From: Octopus vulgaris
Lineage: Eukaryota
Reading direction: 5' to 3'
NCBI GenBank assembly: GCA_951406725.2
Contig: OX597816.1
Span: 143,220,001-143,284,000, forward strand
DNA length: 64,000 bases
Program-made: the position numbers and the translations under genes
The notes under the pieces: generated by a model
The model's input: the letters and a program-made list of their open reading frames with translations, nothing else
Told to the model about the DNA's origin: nothing
The model's database searches: none
Shown: piece after piece, positions 39,379 to 53,209 of the stretch
Position numbering within the stretch: position 1 is the first letter of the stretch
How the letters are laid out: each line of letters opens with the position of its first letter

Positions 39379-39878
39379 GAGGCGGCAAGCTAGCAGAAAC
39401 GTTAGCAGGCCGGGCGAAATGCGTAGCTGTATTTCGTCTGCCGTTACGTTCTGAGTTCAAATTCCGCCGAGGTCGACTTTGCCTTTCATCTTTTCGGGGT
39501 CGATAAATTAAGTACCAGTTACGTTCTGGGGTCGATGTAATCGAGTTAATCCGTTTGTCTGTCTTTGCTTGTCCCCTCTGTGTTTAGCCCCTTGTGGGTA
39601 GTAAAGAAATAGGTATTTTGTCTGCCGCTACGTTCTGAGTTCAAATTCCGCCGAGGTCGACTTTGCCTTTCATCCTTTCGGGGTCGATTAAATAAGTACC
39701 AGTTACGCACATAATCGACTTAATCCGTTTGTTTGTCCTCGTTCGTCCTCTCTGTGTTTGGCCCCTTGTGGGTAGTAAAGAAATAGCTATTTCGTCTGCC
39801 GTTACGTTCTGAGTTCAAATTCCGCCGAGGTTGACTTTGGCTTTCATCCTTTCGGGGTCGATAAATTGAGTACCAGTG
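39379..39878 (+). mobile_element. tRNA-derived SINE with three tandem ~175-185-bp body units
   Basis: Units start at ~39429, ~39613 and ~39787, each with B-box GAGTTCAAATTC and core GCCTTTCATCCTTTCGGGGTCGAT. Confidence 0.9.
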
Positions 39879-39879
39879 G

Positions 39880-42800
39880 CACTTAAATGTAATGCTTTTC
39901 CCAGAACCACATCCCAGATAGAGCGGAAGAAACGCGAATTCCTCCGTTCCTATGCTCTAATTAGACAGCACATGGACACCTTTGACATCCTGGGAAATGA
40001 CTGCACCAAAGGATGGAGAAAGCCCCCAGGACCCTGCGGTCCCTCAAAAGAACAAAACCAAACTCGTGACTGAGAGGCCTGCAAACGAAGAAAACAATGA
40101 TATAGGCCCGGTCCCAAATACATTAGAAGACCAAAGAGTTGTGAGAGCCGAAAAAGGAAAAGACAAACATAAAACCGACAGGACAAAAACTGTCAGAAAC
40201 AAAAAAAAAGTGAGGAGTAAAAGAAAGAGGAAAGAAAGAAACAACAAAAAATGTTGGGACGAAACAGAAGACCTCCAGTAAAAGCTACAGGAATAACAAG
40301 GACAAAAGCAGAAGCATTTGCAAATTTTATCTGCAAAGATACTGACGGCACTGTGATGATGGTGCAAACTATCGCCCTGCCAGAACCTCATGGGCCCAAG
40401 ACAATACTCCCTTCAACGGGGAGAACAAAAGGAAAGGCACCAAAGAAGAAAAAATGGCGCATTATCTACTCTCGAAAGACGATATGTGGATGTAGTGCGT
40501 GGCTCAACAAACGACTGGCTTCACCCAGATGTAAAAAGGGCAGCATCTGAACAACAATCCTTTTGTGCATGGCACAAAAGATTGTCGAGCAGCTGACCTG
40601 GCTACAAACACAAACTTGGAACTACACCCACCACCATACAAGGCCGCCACCGACAACAGATACAGGGTGTCCGCTACTAACACCAATACAGATGTCACAA
40701 AAATATTTGTATTAAATATCAGAGGGCTGTTGCACGACAACTGTAAAACAAAAATCTCATTCCTGAGAGACCTTGCTGCATGCAATGAAGCTCTATGCAT
40801 GACACTCGTGGAAATTCATCTTTGACCTGATATAGGGGATGCAGAAATACACATAACACAATATGTTGTCATGCGCTCAGATAGTAAAGAAAGGAGCCGT
40901 GGTGGAATTGCTGTGTACATCCGAGAACACCTCACGCCTCAGGTCCTGCTGGCATATTCAAATTCAGTGTGTGACACTCAAATGGTACACATAAAGCAAC
41001 TTAATATTGTCATATGTACTACATATCACTCACCGGATGCTCCAAATCATACAGGTAAGTTTGAAGACTGCCTAGCAAAGATAGAAGTTCTCACCAAATT
41101 GGAACAGCACATCAGTGTATTCCTTTTGGAAGACTTTAACTTCCCCACACCATCAGTAAGCACAGGTGGAGTCCCTGCACCACCTTATCAATGCTTCTTT
41201 CATGGAGCAAACTGTGCTGCAACCAACCAGGGAAAATGATATACTGGATCTCTGCTTCACAAACAATATGGACATTATCCATAATGTTAAAGTGACACCG
41301 ACGCTGGTCTCGGATCACAACATAATAGAGTTGTCTATGTATGGACCAAAAGCTCCCGCAGACGTACAGCCTATACGAAGCACTCAAAATTTCTCCAAAC
41401 TAAGTTTTCATAAAGCAAATTGGAAGTTGATTGAGAAAGAGATCCTCAAACAGGATTGGCCTAAATGTCTCTCCATGCCAGACATTAACATGAAACACAA
41501 ACATTTCATGTCCATAATACAAGCCACATATGACAAATCTGTCCCAGGGCGCAGGGCCAACATACACAAAAACAGGATCCCTAGGGAAAGGAAACTTCTT
41601 CTGAGACGACGGACAAAGATTGCGAACCGCCTGAGCAAGCACCCCAAAAGTGGTGAGGAGTCTCGCTTGGAGAGAGCGCTATTGGAGATTGAGAAGTCTA
41701 CATCAGTCTCACGAAAAGGAGAGAGCAGACAAGAAAAGTTGGGTTATAGAAAATATCAAGTCGGACTCTAAAGCTTTCTTTAACTTTGCCAAAGAAACAG
41801 CCTCAGTACGCCACAAGATAGGAACCATCTTCCAAAAAGATGGCTCCTTTACAGGAAACCCAATGAGGATAAGTGAAATACTGAATGAACAGTTCTAAAG
41901 TGTGTTCGCTGCACCTCTGGGACTCAGGTAAATAAAGAAACTAGCAGAATTCTTTACCATTTTACCTGTAACCAAAGAGGCGAAAATTGAATACATCACT
42001 ATTGAAGAAGATGTAACACTGGCCATAGATGAGGTTGACACAAACTCAGTTGCTGGCCCTGATAAATTCCCAGCAGTCCTTCTCAAATCGTGCAAACGAG
42101 CCCTTGCAAAACCACTGCAGCTTCTTTTTCAGAACTTTCTTGCAAGTGGCAAGCTCCCAGTCAAACTGAAGGAAGGGATAATATGCCCTGTCCATGAAGC
42201 AGAGCAGATACTAAAAATTATAGGCCTATCTTTTTGACCTCGCACATCAACAAAGTCATGGAACGAATAGTCTGCAAGAAACTAATCGCGTTCTTTGAAG
42301 AGAATTACTTGCTGAATGACACCCAGCATGGATTTCGATCAGATTGAAGCTACTCCTGCAACACTACGACTGGGTTTTAAAACAGCTGCTAAATGACTCA
42401 AGTGTGAATGTAATATATCTCGACTTTGCAAAAGCCTTTGATAAAGTCGATCATGGTATGATATGTCACAAACTGCGTGATCTCGGCATAAGAGGATAAC
42501 TTGGAGAGTGGCTGCACAACTTTCTAAAAGATAGACGTTAGGCAGTGGTGACCAACGGAACCATCTCCAAGAAAACACATATAGCAAGTGGTGTTCCATA
42601 GCGCACTGCCTTAGGGCCACAGCTATTCATAGTGGCCCTCTTAAATATGCCCTCAGCTGCTCGGGTAGCCACCCTTGCTAGCTATGCAGATGACACAAAA
42701 GTCTCTTAGACAATACAAAATCCTGGAAATATTGCACATCTGCAACGGGAGTTGGACGCAATATACAGGTGGGCTGGGGACAACATGCAGTTTAATGCAG

Positions 42801-43640
42801 AAAAATTCCAAACCTGTGCTACCAGCACACCAAGCAACGACATGCAGACAGGAACACTGGCCAAAGAGGAATTGCAATCTCTGAATCAAAATCAGTGCAT
42901 GATCTGGGCACTGACATGAGCAATGATGCATCTTTCGAAGTGCATATTATTAATTTGGTAATAAAATGCAGACGGTTAGCTAGATGATCCTCCGAACTTT
43001 CAAAACTCTCAAAAGGAGACAGTGATGGTCCTTTGGAGAGCATACGTCCTCAGCCGCTTGGACTACTGCTCCCAACTATGGTCTCCACACAATTTTAAAA
43101 TAGCGGCGTAACTCGAAGCAATCCAACGAAGTTACACAAAGAAAATAGTCTTAATGTAACGTATTAGCTACTGGGAAAGACTGAAAGAATTAAAACTCTT
43201 CTCCCTCGAACGAAGGCGGGAAAGATATCCAGTAATGTACATCTGGCAATCCTGGAAGGCTTTGTACCAAAGTTAGGCATTGAAAGTTGCACAAACAGCA
43301 GAACTGCATAGTACCAAAGATCCCAGCATCTCCATCAAAATACAGGACCAGATACTGCAACAGCTTGGGTTTCAAGAGCCCACAGTTCTTCAATATCCTT
43401 CCAAAATTCCTGAGAGACCTACATGGTGTGGATGTGTCTTCAAAATAAAACTAGATCTCCTGTCAAGGGTTGCAGATGAGCCTACCTCGCGGCAGGAAAC
43501 ACAGATGAGGGTAGCAGCATCAAACCCCCTCATTCACCAAATTCCACATACCAGTGGAGGTTTCAAATAATGGTCACAGGCAACGGTGGTGCCCCAGCAT
43601 GACCGCTGCTTTGAAGCTGAAACATTTTAAAGGTTTATAC
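39880..43640 (+). mobile_element. Near full-length CR1/L2-group LINE pseudogene (ORF1 remnant, APE endonuclease, reverse transcriptase)
   Basis: APE motifs LNIRGL, RGGIAVYIR, DFNFP, TRENDILDLCFTN, SDHNII. RT motifs AGPDKFP, NYRPI, QHGFR, YLDFAKAFDKVDH, YADDTK. Multiple stops and frameshifts. Confidence 0.93.
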
Positions 43641-45195
43641 AAAAAATGACGTTTATTCAATATTTCTTACAACAATGGAACAAAAGAGACATTACAATAT
43701 CATTTATTAATAGTTTTTTGCAACTTTTCTGTGATTGCTTTTCCCTGGATTCGATAAATTATAACCAGCAATATATTGCTCGTTTGTCAACGCAAAGATA
43801 ATATTAAGACATAAACAATATCCCCTAATTTCACAAAGCACAACTAATTTTGTTAATATTATATTTTTCAAATTATAAAAAAGTTTATAATTGAAAATTA
43901 TAATAAAAATGAAAGATTAAATATCTACGTAAATATAAAAGAGAGGGATTTGTTAGGATTTTTTAAAAATTGTGTTTCAATATTTATCCATTCTGTTGTT
44001 TTCTATCTTATCTAATGATTTGTCGTTAAAGCTTAGAGATAAGAAAACGTATTATTAATGAGATAACATCTACGATGTGCATTACTAGCTTGCGTTTAAT
44101 TTGGTGCCTAAAATTCAAATATTACAACAATGCCAACCCATTTCTCGTTTGCTCATATTATTGATATTCATTTACATTTTTTTAACATTACTCAGAGTTA
44201 AAAAGTCGATAGATGTGAAACATGTAAGATAAACACAAGAACAGACAAGAAGGCAATATAAGAAGTTAGAAAAAATATTGGTGTTGATTGACGGAAGGCT
44301 CGAGAAGCTGGTTTACTTCAAAATAATAATCCTAATCCTAATGAAGGAATTCAAAAATATTAAAACTAAAAATGCTGATTGGTCTACATAAAGAAATTTA
44401 GAAATATCAAAAATGAGAATGATAGTTCCAAAATGATAATGACTACTGAACTTTAAAAAAAAAATTCAAGAATTTAAGATAACTTAAACATTTATTTCTA
44501 TCAGGCTGTTCAGGAAAATCTAATTGGAACAAGTATGAATGGAATTTGTAATTCGTTGAAGTCGAACATTTATTGTTACATCCCAATTACTTTCTCAGTA
44601 TACATTTAGTGTATATCAAAGACAGCAACTTAGCAGAGCTCTTTAATATACGCCATTAATTCAACATAAAAATAATATAAAATAGTTTAAAATCTAAATT
44701 TCTCTATGTAGTATAAAAAAAAAAGAGGAAAAATATGAATAACTTGATTTTTCAGCGCATATCTCTGGTAATTGAAGTAATGAAATAAAATGACATGTCA
44801 ATTACTCACAGAAGAGAAGAAATGTTTAACGTAATGGTGAATGGAAATTGGGCGATATTTTGGCATTTTGTATTATTTCCATAAGTAATGGAGCACAAGG
44901 AAAATGACGAATAAAATATCATGCCATTGGCGTAAGTAGAAAAGGGACGCGAGGAAGAATACGAGTAATTGCTCTGAATAAAATCATTGATTAAGCTCGC
45001 TACCAGTCTTTCTCTACGTCAAATGAAAAAGACAGAAAAGACATGGCTACTGGATACTGGCTCATTGCCTTAAATTGCCATCATAAACAATGGTTAACTA
45101 GTAAAGGTTAAACTTGTCTCCATTCTACAAATGAATGAGGCTCACTCGATGAAAGTTGCTTATTGGAGATTTTTTGCGTGCATGTATGTATCCAT

Positions 45196-45197
<2 letters not shown>

Positions 45198-45251
<54 letters not shown>
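45198..45251. repeat. (GA)n microsatellite
   Basis: Directly visible. Confidence 0.97.
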
Positions 45252-45254
<3 letters not shown>

Positions 45255-45892
45255 TGTGTGTGTATATATAAATATATATCTTAAAATATTAACAAGTAAT
45301 AGACATTGATGAGCCTTTGATCAGTTCGTTCTTTGATCTCTAAATGTTGGGAAATAGTATTGTTAGAAGTTGCTTTTTGTTCTTTTTTCTTTTCCTTCTT
45401 TTTCAAATATAAATTACGTTTTTATACACGGTTTTCTCTAATCCATTTAATATCTTGGACATGTTTATAGAGTGGATTAATTTAGATCCACGATAAAAGA
45501 TTTCTACTACACTGGGTACAGAGTACAATCAGTAAAAAATGTTAACATTTTAGAAGAGATCTAAGCATTGTGGCTAATGTAAAAAAATCTTTTTTGTTTT
45601 TTTTACTAAAAATGAACATTAGTTACGTCTCTACGTTCTTAGTTCAAATCTTACTGAATCAACTTCGCCCTTTATCCCTCCCAAGGTCGACAACATAAAA
45701 TATCTGTCAAGCACTGAGGTTGATTTAACCTCAAACCCATTTCACGTCTGAAGCCTTGTACCTATTAGCAATATCATTAGCGTCATGCTAAATACCTTGC
45801 GGTATTTCTTCTGGTTCTTTATATTTTGAGTTCAAATCCCGCCGAGATCGACTTTGATTTTATTCCTTTCAGGATCGGTCAAATAAAGAACC

Positions 45893-46433
45893 GCCATACC
45901 TACACAAAATCGCCCGACTTTGTAACGGCATAACTTCCAGAAATATGAACATTTTTTGTTGTGAAATTACCTACAAATACGCTTCAGATTATGTACATTA
46001 CGATTACATCGGAATTTGTTGGGAAAAATTTTACCCGAGGGTAGAGAGAGAAGTTTCGGAAAATTCACAAGGCTGGCTTTGTTTCTTCATAACTTTCAGA
46101 AAATGTGCATTTTTAATGACATTTTCTACAAATACCTTTCAGACAGTGTACATTAGGATTACATCGGAATTTAAAACGAAATATAAAATTGTTGGGCATG
46201 CACACATACATACTGACGCACAACACAATTTTTTTTCGAAATTTCAAGTTTCATTTTGTAGATATATGTGATGTTAGCAAATCCATCACTTTTTGTTTTT
46301 CATATTAAATTCCGATGTTATCGGAATCTACACCATCTGAGGCGTAGTTGTAGAAAATTACATTTAAAAATGTCCTTTTTTCTGGAAGTTATGAGGAAAC
46401 AAAATCGGGGGAGGCACACTTGTGTAGATTTGC
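45893..46433. mobile_element. MITE-like element with imperfect TIRs and an internal duplicated subunit
   Basis: CATAACTT(C/T)CAGAAA...TACATCGGAATTT occurs twice on + and once inverted (AAATTCCGATGTTA...TCTGGAAGTTATG). Related to 33100-33500. Confidence 0.65.
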
Positions 46434-46589
46434 CTAAAGGATGAATCAAGTACTCTAGTCAAAAGGATTGTCAGTTTTAATTTCAGATATCTTGAATGTC
46501 GATAAAATAGCCTCAGATGTATGCAAGAGCCGAGTCGATCGAAAATATCTCCCCATTGTGAGTCGCAGCTGGATGTTTATGGTTTGTAT

Positions 46590-47880
46590 CCCGTCAATGT
46601 CACCCACCTGTCAGCTACTGTCCAGTCAACCTTACTAGCTGCATCGCCAAACTGATGGAGTCCTGTGTCAGAGAAATACTCAGGAACTTTTGGAGCTCTC
46701 GCTGCCTTATTCGCCTTTCACAATTTGAATTTATCCCTAACTCCAGCTGCTGTAGCCAACTCATCGAGTTTCTTGAGGATATCACCCGAATTACTGATGG
46801 TGACTCATGGGTGAATGTTATCTATCTTGACTTTGCTACACAAACTACTCATGGCACACAAACGACTCATGGCAAAAGTCTCTGCAATACATGTGAAAGA
46901 TGATCTCTATAACAGACTGGAGTCTATCATTCTCGGTCGAACAGTTACGGTTCTAGAACATCATTCTTCACCCCATGATTTGACATCTGGTGTACCACAG
47001 GGATCCGTTTTGGACCCCTACTGTCTGTTGCATATATTAATGACATAGATGCCAATTTGAAAAACGTTACAGTGTTGAAATATGCAGATGACATCAAGCT
47101 GTACCTTGAGATAAAAAGAACAAATCCTATACGTTATAGATCTTTCCTGCAATCAAACCTGGACACATTGCAGCAAAGGATTTCTGACTGGTAACTCAAA
47201 CTAGCTGTGGATAAGTGCGTCGCCATGCACTGGGGGGGGGGGCTCAACTTTTGCATACTCTCTCAACAACACTAATCTTAAGAAATCTGTTAGTAAACGT
47301 GATCTGGGTATTATTGTAAACAGCGATATGCGTTGGACAAACCACATTTCTAAGATTGTCAAGACGGCTGAAGGTGTCATAACATCACTCAGTAAGACCT
47401 TTGTCAGCCGCTCTCCAGCTATCTATTTAAAACTGTATGTGACTATAGTATGTCCACACTTAGAGTTTGCATCACCAGTCTGGAACCCCTATCTTGCTCA
47501 GTATATCAATCTTCTGGAAACTGTACAAAAACGTGCCCCCAAACGGATATCAGCCACCAGGCATCTACCATAGGCTGAACGTCTTGTTTCCCTAGGTCTG
47601 GATACATAAAACTCCAGCGTCCGGCAACTGACTTGGTAGACACCCATAAGATTATCCACCGTCTTTCCAACAACCTTTTTGAATTCCATATGTCTAACAC
47701 TCGCGGACATGCTTACAAAATCAAAAAACTACACAGCACCCATGACTTTCGGAAACATTTTCCACGCTCAGAATTGCCGAAGCATGGAATAAACTACCTG
47801 CATCAGATGTTAGCTGTCGAGACACTACACCCTTCAAAACTGCAATCCTTCCTGAAATTCGCCAACAGTATACCAACTCT
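46590..47880 (+). mobile_element. 5'-truncated CR1-type LINE (RT and C-terminus), pseudogene
   Basis: Motifs VIYLDFA, SGVPQGSVL, KYADDIKL, PHLEFASPVWNP, NTRGHAYKI, AWNKLP. Confidence 0.9.
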
Positions 47881-48229
47881 CCTTTTTCTTTCTTTCTTTT
47901 TTTTTGTAGGGCACCTGAGCACTGTATATAACAATTTCACCTGTATATCGGTATCACGTACACAGATGTGGTTTCCAACTGCAGAATCAGAAGCACTATG
48001 TAATTCATTTCTTTTGACCAGATACAAAAGCCCATTTTTGTAGGAGAGAAAGAATATAATCAGGTGAATTATTCCAGATGTTTTTTATCGACCTTTGGGG
48101 AATGGAAGACAATGTCGAATGCAACAGTATTTGAACTTCACTATGAAAGACCGAAGCTAAATGCTATAAAACATTTAAGTTGGTATAATTTATCATTTGA
48201 CTAATGAGAATTTAGTTAAATGTCTAAAC

Positions 48230-49800
48230 CAGTGTTTCCCAAATTTTCGCGCCAAATTACAATATCACCCACCTATCAGCCAAAAGATGCCCCATCGCCC
48301 ACCTGTGTAAAAAAAGAAAAAAATCCGGACGCAATCGAAGGCATCAACCTCAAACGAATTGCTTTACCAGTTTGGAATATTCAGTGCAACAACATCTTGA
48401 AATCGCTCCACCATGTCATAGTTGCGATGTGTAGTTAAATCCTAATCAACCAATTCATCTTTCAAAGAATCAAGGTGTGGAAATTGATTGAATTGACATT
48501 TTGAAATGTTAGTCTCGTATACAGCACCAATTTCGAAATGAAGGTAGTGATAAATGATTTACAGTCAACGAGAGTTTTTCTGTTTCCTTGCAATAACTTA
48601 TTCAAATCATTTAATTTTGTGAATATATCACAAAGAAAAAAGATATCGCACCTTGCAGCCATCAATGAAGCGGATAGTGGAGTATCTTCAAAGAAAGATA
48701 TGATTATATGAAACAGTTCAACAAAGCGTAAAACACCGTTTCGTTTTGTCAGCCACTGCGCTTCGGTATAGTATAAGAGTTTAGTATAGTCCTTCATCAT
48801 TTTTCAGACAGAGTTGACAGAAAATTCGATGAAACAAGGGACTGGACTTCAATTTGTTCAGTCTTGATAGCTAACTGTAGCGCATCATTCAATCTACCGT
48901 TCATGTTTTTTGCCACTAAATGCTGTCGGTGTGCCAAGCAATGAACAGTTAGTATCTAGTGGGAAATTTCACGCTTTAGGAGAGATGAAAAACCTCTGTA
49001 TCTTCCTATCATCAAAGGGTCTCCATCAGACGCACAGGCAAGAATATTACTGAGTGGGATATTATGTTCAAAAAGGAAAGACTCGAGAGTGTGAAAAATA
49101 GTTGCATCTTTTGAATCAAGCAGAAATTTCTCTCTGAACAACCTTTCCTCACAAGGTTGAAGGTCTTCGCTGAAATACCGAATATATACCATCATCAAAC
49201 ATTGATTGTCCACAACAGTTGACTCATACACTGGTATAGAAAATTCAGAATGCTGGAGAATATTAATGAGCTGATATTTGACATCGTTGGCCATTTCATT
49301 GATGCATCGAGAAATCGTGTTATTGCTAAGTGGGATCTTCATAATGTTATCGGGTTTTTCATGCATAACGGTTAACAAAACCTCTTCGATAGCCGGGCGA
49401 ATTAATGTTTCTCAAATTGTGTGTGATCTCCTAGACTTAACAACAAGCAATGCAATGTACGATGCAATCAACCCATCATTCTCCTGCTTGCTAGTTTCCT
49501 GGACTAGCGTGATGAATGTTTGTGTTTGCTTTTTGAAAGAGGCACTCAGTTGCAAAAAGTATGAATACAGCTTGTCCTTCTACTCAGAATGCTTTGCATC
49601 AAAGTGATACTTCAAGTGTGAAGGTTTCATTGCTTCGTTCGTCAATGTTTGATGGCAAAGAAGGCACATTGGTAACTGACAGTTCTGAAAAGAGGGAATA
49701 AATCCAAATGATAGGTAATCACTACTGTACTGTCAACAAATTTCCTTGACTGGAGACAATGTGAAAACTTTGCGAAGCTATGGTTTAAACTATATAACTG
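48230..49800 (-). mobile_element. hAT Buster/Charlie-type transposon with disrupted BED-finger transposase
   Basis: Terminus GTCTAAAC|CAGTGTTTCCCAAA. Motifs PMCLLC...MKPSHLKYH (BED finger), IPLSNNTISR, ACASDG, HCLAHRQHL, LLYYTEAQWL. Other terminus not confirmed. Confidence 0.9.
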
Positions 49801-51688
49801 GTTGATAAGATAATAATTTTCCAGGCTAAATTTACACTCCATCTTTTGTGCGTAAATTTTAAATGTTTGTTTTTACACTAAGTTTACATATATACACACA
49901 TACATACATCGATCGATTAGGTATCTTATTTCTTGATATGTATCTGTTCCCAGATTACATTCAAATGACGAACATCTATTTCTAAATTAAAGGTAACCGT
50001 ATTCTTATCTATTGAAACACTGAGGTGTTTATTCCGTTAGATTTCAGTGAAAACTGAAATCAAATTCCACAAACGCTTAATGTTCAATCTTTTCTTTTTC
50101 TTTATATCAACCGATTCCATCAATACCGCACACTAAAATGAATTGAATAAAACAATGTTGATTTTATTGTTTAAAAAATATATTTCATTTCGTTCCAGTT
50201 TTTTATTTCACTTTCAAGAAATTGAATTTGTGTGCGTGCGTGTGCTTCGTTTGATTTTTTCCATGATTTGCGTGATAAAAAATTGGCCCACTTGTCAAAA
50301 CACTTTAATGAAGAGTTTTTTGTTTTAATTTATTCACACAAAAGTGATCCGGTTTAATCTTCATTATCTTTATGCTAACAATCTAATCAGTTTGCAAGAA
50401 AAGACAATATTTGAACAAAATCCAAAGACAAGGCATTTCATTCTAGAGGATATTTCAATCGAATCTTTTAGAAGGGGATTGTCTTAAATTCGTAAGATCT
50501 TTCAAGAAAGTTTCGTCACGCTTAACAAACAACTTCAACCATTCTGATTTTTCTTCTGATTCTTATCAAATATTGATTAGAAATGTAGATATGTCGATCC
50601 TCTAAGATATTTCATTAACGGTATTATTCCTTTAGGAAACTATTATTGCAACTACGAGCTTTGAAATAAGCCACGTTGAAGCTGTTCGGTCTCGACAGGA
50701 ATTGGGATTGGGATGAAGGAAGAATGAATAATGTAAACGGGAGAGTAAATTTATGTTCATGCCACATAACAAGGAGTAGGTCGTTAAGATAATTTCTGAC
50801 TCATACGTTTATTCTTGACAACGGTTGTGGACGTGACGTGTAGGAGATTAGTCGAGCCAATGACGAGAATAATATCCATTCACAAATGTGTACTAATTGA
50901 AAAAGCCATTGAAATACACAGACATTTAGCAAACTTTTGGTTATTCTGTTTTCATTCAGCTGCTGTCCTCATAGTTTTCCAGCCTGCTAATAATATATTT
51001 TTTAAAAATACTGTTAAGTTCTTATTTAAAAGCAGTGAAGTAAGGTGAGCTCCCAGCGAGATCAGCAACTTAAATTTTGATTCCTTTTTGTAACCCACCG
51101 CTAATACTTTTTAAGAAAGTAGGGATGTCATAGTATCTCATTAACATATCCTATAAATCGGAGATGTTGTGCCTATGTAAGAAATATTTAATTTACTATA
51201 AAATTGCAATGAATGAAATGAAGGAGTTTGTTACACATTTGAATTTCTATCATAGATAACTTCATATGTCAGGGATTTAAATGAATGAGATGTGACCTTC
51301 AAGCCATTTGTAGGAGCAAAATTAAGCATACTTATGCAGTTCAAAGTTCGTTATTCGGGACAATGGCTAATAAATTGTAAACAATATTTTCGACCTAGAT
51401 TTGTTTCAATCGCCAAGATAAACTAGTAAGAGTAACTTTACCTCTCTTATAGTTAATACTGGAATGACTTCGAAATTGGGGAATCTTACATATAATAAAA
51501 TGCAATGTGTGTTCATCGGTCACACTAGGGGGAAAGAAAAGTATATAACGAGAATGGTTAATAAGGGAAATGTGTTACGACTAAGATTGAAACTGGACTG
51601 GTAAGCGACGATTTATTCTCCGTTATAAAATACAATGAGTGCCATACATGAAGTAACATAACATAACAGGTTACAACAAAGATGTGTG

Positions 51689-51980
51689 GATACTATTTAA
51701 GAAGAGTGGTCCCGGTGCGTGTACTCGCGCATCCGCGCTAGCTAGTCGTGACTAGTCGATCCTATAACGACTACCTATCCTATAAAAAAAACCCTATTTG
51801 TTTTTTTAAAAAAACATCTAAGTTATGATGGGAGTACCAAACGTTTATCTAATAACTTCTAATAACTTTCAACCGAATTTGTATGAACATTTGTTATAGG
51901 ATAGGTAGTCGTTGTAGGATCGACTAGCTAGCGCGAATACGCGAGTGCGAGCACCGGAACCACTCTTCTTAAATAGTACC
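51689..51980. mobile_element. 292-bp MITE with ~90-bp TIRs and 8-bp TSD (Merlin-like, GGTAC terminus)
   Basis: GATGTGTG|GATACTATTTAAGAAGAGTGG...CCACTCTTCTTAAATAGTACC|GATGTGTG. Confidence 0.88.
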
Positions 51981-53209
51981 GATGTGTGAGAGAACTTTGT
52001 GGTTAGGCGGGACTGTTGGTATAGTAGACGTAGTTGACATACTGTTTGGTGGTGTGTACATGCACCGTTGTTCTATTGGCTGTGTGGTCTTCATACAGCA
52101 ACGATGTAAGCAAGTATCTGATGGAGAAGATGAAAGCGGAGACTGGCTGAGATACATTGTTGCCGGAGACGAGTTGCGTGTGATCAGTGGCGTGTGCCAA
52201 AGACAAAGCAGTCGAGAATTGCCGCTCTTATGCAGACCAGTGGACTCCCAGAAACTGGTGATTAATTTCCCGCATAAGGAAAATGAATCGTTGCGCCAAC
52301 ACGATTGGACAGCTGGAAACCGACCAATACAAACAGGTTCGATTAATCACGGGGTCATGTAACCTGCTGGAACGTTGATTTTATTGAAATCACAAGGGTT
52401 CTGCTGGAACGAAAAGGGCTTATGGAGCCGATATTTGGGTATTTAGGCCTAGATGAGTCAAAACGAAAGCATCTTACACATAATGACAGTGTAAATCACT
52501 TCTGCTACAAGTAAAACAACAAACGGAGTGGGAGTGGGTGACAGTCACAGATGCTAAAGCAGGCGAACACTATTCAAAGGTTTTGTCCGGAAGACGCTGG
52601 TATTTTAATCAAAATAAAACTGCAAATATTTATCGTAAATTGTATTTACACACATAGACATAAGTATATATATGAAATTAAATATCAAACACTTTTGTTT
52701 TCAAAATATCGTTCACATAACGTATATATAAATGTTATGTGAACGATTTTATTTATGTGTGTGTGTATAAGGTGATTAGAATCAAAATAAGCAACAAGGA
52801 TATCCAGAAGTAATGCAGTACGATCGTTTCACGCAACTCCATTTAATTGAACAATCCAACCATTACATCAATTCAAATGCAGAGCAATTCTCAGTTACAC
52901 AAAGACATACAATTTAATTAAATTAAAGCAGATGGACACAGCATAATTTTGCCTAAAATCTCCAAGAAGTTTAGGAGATAGACAAAGAACATTGTTGCAC
53001 TTCCTTCCTCTTAGAAGCTACTAAGTTATCAGGAAGAAAGACTTAAGCAAAATCTGTAACAACTCTTTCTTAGCAGTTCGGCAAAAGAGACTGATAGAAT
53101 AAGTACTAGGCTTACAAAGAATAAGTCCTGGGGTCCATTTGTTCGGCTAAAGGCGGTGCTCCAGCATGGCCGCAGTCAAATGACTGTAACAAGTAAAGGA
53201 ATAAAAGAA

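Noticed and set aside
39429-39878. Regularly spaced repeats that could suggest a CRISPR array
   Set aside because: Units are ~180-bp SINE bodies with no unique spacers, there are no cas genes, and the context is eukaryotic.
48462-49760. Domesticated ZBED8/SCAND3-like host gene
   Set aside because: Multiple stops and frameshifts plus a hAT terminus indicate a dead Buster transposon.
51982-52362. 126-aa ORF in GC-richer unique-looking sequence
   Set aside because: No recognisable motif or convincing splice sites. It may be decayed retroelement sequence, but I cannot support a call.
52820-52900. Minus-strand hammerhead ribozyme in a Penelope-like fragment
   Set aside because: GAAAC is present but the upstream box reads CTGAGAA rather than CTGANGA, and the stems are unconvincing.
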